From positions 128,001 through 192,000 of the forward strand of contig CAVXVG010000027.1 in NCBI GenBank assembly GCA_963765145.1: a stretch of 64,000 nt of DNA, read 5' to 3'. A model generated the notes under the pieces. The model was not told the DNA's origin, did not search any database, and saw only the letters and a list, made by a program, of their open reading frames with translations. The stretch comes from Parachlamydiales bacterium (GTDB lineage: Bacteria > Chlamydiota > Chlamydiia > Chlamydiales > JAJFMK01). Positions 60,697-64,000 of this stretch are shown here, piece after piece. Both the position numbers and the translations under genes were made by a program. Each line of letters opens with the position of its first letter. Position 1 is the first letter of the stretch.

Positions 60697-61536
60697 TCAA
60701 TGTGGACTTTTAAGAAGGAGGATAAGCCCCTCTTGCGAGGTCGTCTCTAAAAAGCCGTACTTAATAAACCGGACGAGGGCTGCAGTGTTTTGAATATTCC
60801 GATCTTCTTGGGGAAGAGAGGCAAGCAGCTTTGGTAAATGAGCGAAAATATTCTTTGCGCTTTCTTTGCTATGGGGAAAGACTTTGTTGTAAGGGGCCAT
60901 TAATTCAATGATGTGCTTCCTATTTTCTCTTGAGAGAGGTGCCAATGCTTGAAAAGCAAAGCAACTAGGGGACCTCTTTTCGAGAAAAGGAAGGAGCTCT
61001 TGAACAACTTCGAGCCATTCCTTCTTTTCGAACATCCGCAATTGTTCGAAAAAAGTACCTATAGGGTTGAGACATCCCAATGTTTTGAGATCAAAAAGAG
61101 GCCGTACTGCTTCGAAAAAAGTTAAGCAATCGTCTTTTGGGATTTGTAATAGATTCTTAACAACGGACTTAAGTAAGTCGGAGTCGGGCGGCATCCTCGG
61201 AGAATCGAGGCAGATAAGTTCTACAGCTTCAGCCAAATTTGAAGAATCAAGAGGAAGGTCAATAAATACATAATTTGCACGTAAGAAAATTCGGCGAAAC
61301 AGATCATTAACTTGGATCTGTTGATCTTCCGTTAGGTCTGTTATGGCCTTAATTTTTTTCAAAAGATTGTTAAAGTCGGCAGGCTTATATGTAGGTAATT
61401 GCCATTCTACACAAGACTTTTTTACCTCTGTAGCTAATTTTTCGACCTGGTCTTTAATGCTTGTCCCGCTGTGTAAATAATGATCGGGATTTATGGTGAA
61501 TTGTTGAACTGAAGTTAGGTTGATTGGTGTTGTCAT
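60697..61536 (-). CDS. Hypothetical helical protein (candidate effector)
   Basis: MTTPINLTSV N-terminus with AAGGA RBS; no recognisable family. Confidence 0.6.
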   Translation of the reverse strand: MTTPINLTSVQQFTINPDHYLHSGTSIKDQVEKLATEVKKSCVEWQLPTYKPADFNNLLKKIKAITDLTEDQQIQVNDLFRRIFLRANYVFIDLPLDSSNLAEAVELICLDSPRMPPDSDLLKSVVKNLLQIPKDDCLTFFEAVRPLFDLKTLGCLNPIGTFFEQLRMFEKKEWLEVVQELLPFLEKRSPSCFAFQALAPLSRENRKHIIELMAPYNKVFPHSKESAKNIFAHLPKLLASLPQEDRNIQNTAALVRFIKYGFLETTSQEGLILLLKSPH

Positions 61537-61652
61537 AATTATTCCTTTTTTTTGAAGTGAAGTCCATGTCAAATTTGTTTAATTATCGAGGTTTGAGAAT
61601 TAAATGTTAATACCAAACGTAATAAATAATTTATCATTTCATCGCCCACTCC

Positions 61653-62777
61653 TTATAAAAAACGACGCGTGTATACACTTTGCAATAGTCCGAGTGCACC
61701 CATTGTTGCTAACAATGAAGATCCGCCGTAGGAAACGAGGATGAGGGGGACGCCGGTGATGGGGAGAAAGCCAACCATCATGCCGATGTTCATGAGCATG
61801 TGGGCGGCTAGATAGATGCTGATGCCGGCGGCAATCAGCCTGCCAAAAGGGTCTTTTGCAACAAGGACCGTTTTGAAAGAGAGGAAGATGAGCAGATAAA
61901 GAAGCGTGAGGAGAAAAAGGAGGCCGATGAGGCCGACCTCTTCTCCAAAGGCTGGAAAAACTGAATCTGTATAGGGGGTTGGCAACCATCCATTGCCTGC
62001 AAATTCGCTTTTGCCAATGCCTGAACCTGCAAGCCCGCCAATAGCGATAGCTGTAAGGGATGCCCTTTGGTGAAGGGTATTGGGATCAAGCCTGTCGTAT
62101 TGATAATCTTTTAAAAAAACCGTTGCATAGGGACGAAAGGCTTCATGAGGAATCACTGCCGTGAATTTAAAGACAACAAACAGAAGCGCTAAAGCAAGGA
62201 CGAGGGAGATGCTTTTGATGACAAACCGATGGATGCCGCCAAAATAAAACATCACTAAAGCTATGGGAGGGAAGATAAGACTTGTCCCAAGATTTGGCTC
62301 TTTGAGTATTAAAAAAAATGGGATGAAGACAATCAACAGGGCAAGAAGAGCGGTGGTTAGCCTTTTTGTCTGATCTCGATTTCTTTCTAAAAACCAAGCA
62401 AGGATCAAGATGGTAACTAGTTTGGCATATTCTGAGGGTTGGAAACTAGAGCCTATAAAAGGGATGCGGTACCATCGATGGACATTTTGTATTGGCTCTA
62501 CGAAAAAAAGACCTACAAGGGCAACAATGGTAATGATATAAAGCGGCAGACTCCAATCGCGTAGTTTGCGATAATCAAAAAGGGCGATGCAAAAAAATAG
62601 GGCAAAACCTGCCCCATACCAAACCAACTGTTGCATGACCATCGGGGTAAAAAATTGGGTCGAATCCAACTGTGTTTGGCTATACGAGGAGATGATCAAC
62701 AAACTAATCAACGCAAGAAAAAGCAGAATGATGACAAGTTTTGGATCAATTTCCTTTAAACGCTTAGTTTCGAACAT
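61653..62777 (-). CDS. rodA: SEDS family rod-shape protein
   Basis: FQPSEYAK, EPNLGT, TDSVF...GEE.G, PITGVPLILVSYGGSS; likely start MFET at 62777. Confidence 0.9.
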   Translation of the reverse strand: MFETKRLKEIDPKLVIILLFLALISLLIISSYSQTQLDSTQFFTPMVMQQLVWYGAGFALFFCIALFDYRKLRDWSLPLYIITIVALVGLFFVEPIQNVHRWYRIPFIGSSFQPSEYAKLVTILILAWFLERNRDQTKRLTTALLALLIVFIPFFLILKEPNLGTSLIFPPIALVMFYFGGIHRFVIKSISLVLALALLFVVFKFTAVIPHEAFRPYATVFLKDYQYDRLDPNTLHQRASLTAIAIGGLAGSGIGKSEFAGNGWLPTPYTDSVFPAFGEEVGLIGLLFLLTLLYLLIFLSFKTVLVAKDPFGRLIAAGISIYLAAHMLMNIGMMVGFLPITGVPLILVSYGGSSLLATMGALGLLQSVYTRRFL

Positions 62778-62795
62778 ACATTTACCGCGAATTCT

Positions 62796-63482
62796 ATGAT
62801 GCCATACCAGACCTATAATTTTTCCACGATTCCCTCTACACAGGAAGAGGCCGCAAGAATTGCCAAACAACTGCCCTCTGGGACCATCGCCGTTGTATCG
62901 GCAGAGGCTCAAGAAAGGGGCAAGGGACGTGAAGATAGATGTTGGGATTCTCCCAAAGGCAATCTCTATCTTACGTTTATTTTACCCCTTCCACATGGGA
63001 CAAATGGCTCGACCCTTTCGCTTGTTCTGGCGGCAACAGTGGCAGAGCTTTTGAAGCACAAGGGAATTGAAGTGCAAATCAAATGGCCTAATGATCTTTT
63101 GATAGGCGGGGCAAAGGTGGCGGGGATTTTGGGTTCAGGTTCCTCTCCCCTTTTACTGGGTATCGGTTTAAATGTTGCCAGCCATCCAATGCTTGATAGG
63201 CCGACAACGTGTTTAAATACATTTGCATTGACGCCCTTTGATCTTGAACAGTTGAAAACCCAGCTAATCAACTCATTTTTAAATAATTATGAGAGGTGGT
63301 TAGAAGTAGGCTTTGATCCATTTTTCTCCATGTGGAGTTCTTTTCTGCTCCATCGGAAGGGAGACGCGATCAAGATAGGACAGAAGAACGCCACTTTTCT
63401 GCAAGCCGATCTCTCCGGCGCCATTTGGGTGGAAATAGAAGGAACCCCAAAACAAACCCATTCTGGGGAGGTAATAATTTAG
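62796..63482 (+). CDS. birA: Biotin-protein ligase
   Basis: STQ, Q..GKGR, W.SP, IKWPND, KVAGIL, GIGLNV. Confidence 0.92.
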   Translation: MMPYQTYNFSTIPSTQEEAARIAKQLPSGTIAVVSAEAQERGKGREDRCWDSPKGNLYLTFILPLPHGTNGSTLSLVLAATVAELLKHKGIEVQIKWPNDLLIGGAKVAGILGSGSSPLLLGIGLNVASHPMLDRPTTCLNTFALTPFDLEQLKTQLINSFLNNYERWLEVGFDPFFSMWSSFLLHRKGDAIKIGQKNATFLQADLSGAIWVEIEGTPKQTHSGEVII

Positions 63483-63489
63483 CCACTTG

Positions 63490-63673
63490 AAAACGTGCCC
63501 GTGCCCGTGCCCGTGCCCTTGCCCGTGCCCGAATTTAAAACCTTTTCCCCTCTTCCCCTCCCCCGTTCCAAAAAATGTCTGTCCTGCAATTTTATCTTTG
63601 AGTACAAAGAAGAATGTTTTCGTAGCCGAATACAAGTCGGGCACGGGCAGGGGCAAGGGCACGGGCACGTTTT
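63490..63673. repeat. Family E hexamer palindrome
   Basis: AAAACGTGCCCGTGCCCGTGCCC...GCCCGA / TCGGGCACGGGCAGGGGCAAGGGCACGGGCACGTTTT. Confidence 0.9.
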
Positions 63674-63710
63674 TAAAGTCCGGCACGGTTAGATTATTCG
63701 AGGTAATTTT

Positions 63711-63794
63711 TTGGAATTTGTTTTTGCAGGTGTTTTGAGCCTTGCCTTAGTAGGTTATCTTGTTTATGGCCTAGTTTACCCGGAGAAATTTTGA
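63711..63794 (+). CDS. kdpF: K+-transporting ATPase subunit F
   Basis: Not in track: GAGGT RBS, TTG start, MEFVFAGVLSLALVGYLVYGLVYPEKF, TGATG overlap with kdpA. Confidence 0.85.
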   Translation: MEFVFAGVLSLALVGYLVYGLVYPEKF

Positions 63795-64000
63795 TGATAG
63801 AACTGATCGCTTTGGTCGTACTTTTGTTGATTTTCGCCATCTTAATAGGGTCTTGGATGCCACGCCTTTTCGATGGGCGCAAAACCTTTCTTACCCCTGT
63901 TTTAGGCTTTGTAGAAAGGGGGATTTATAAATTGGCCGGCATCGATCCATTTGAAGAGATGGTTGCGATTCGCTATCTAAAAAACCTTTTAAAATTTAAT
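63794..64000 (+). CDS. kdpA: K+-transporting ATPase subunit A, runs off window
   Basis: FLTPVLGFVERGIYKLAGIDPFEEM matches the KdpA N-terminus; follows kdpF. Confidence 0.85.
   Translation, partial: MIELIALVVLLLIFAILIGSWMPRLFDGRKTFLTPVLGFVERGIYKLAGIDPFEEMVAIRYLKNLLKFN

Noticed and set aside
63300..63738. ORFs encoding CPCPCP, VPVPVP, GHGHGH (and ARARAR at 25967-26173)
   Set aside because: Translations of the hexamer repeats in several frames; no evidence they are genes.

Overview
Chromosomal window from an environmental Chlamydiae bacterium, judged from chlamydial-type gene order and sequences: rsmH-ftsL-pbp3-murE-amiA, nqrBCDE without nqrA/F, long ThyX, SWIM-SNF2 helicase, dusB-yggT...ygfA, rodA/birA. 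It holds about 55 CDS and two tRNA-Arg genes. Two things stand out. (1) A ~12 kb minus-strand respiratory operon (38005-50141) links a GltD/Nfn-like FAD/NAD(P)H/Fe-S oxidoreductase, a CcoS-like peptide, a Tat-exported Rieske protein, a fused cytochrome b, a 7-heme cytochrome c and a cbb3-type oxidase (CcoN, an enlarged CcoO, two small membrane peptides). This looks like a complex III-IV module of a type absent from Chlamydiaceae. (2) At least six families of short palindromic/MITE-like elements fill many intergenic gaps. They nest inside one another, supply stop codons and an RBS, and in one case sit in-frame (44 codons, flanked by a degenerate 9-bp duplication) inside the multiheme cytochrome gene. 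No transposase, CRISPR array or prophage is visible. At least seven genes carry apparent single-base frameshifts, several at homopolymers, which are most likely sequencing errors. All product calls come from motif recognition by eye; no database search was run.
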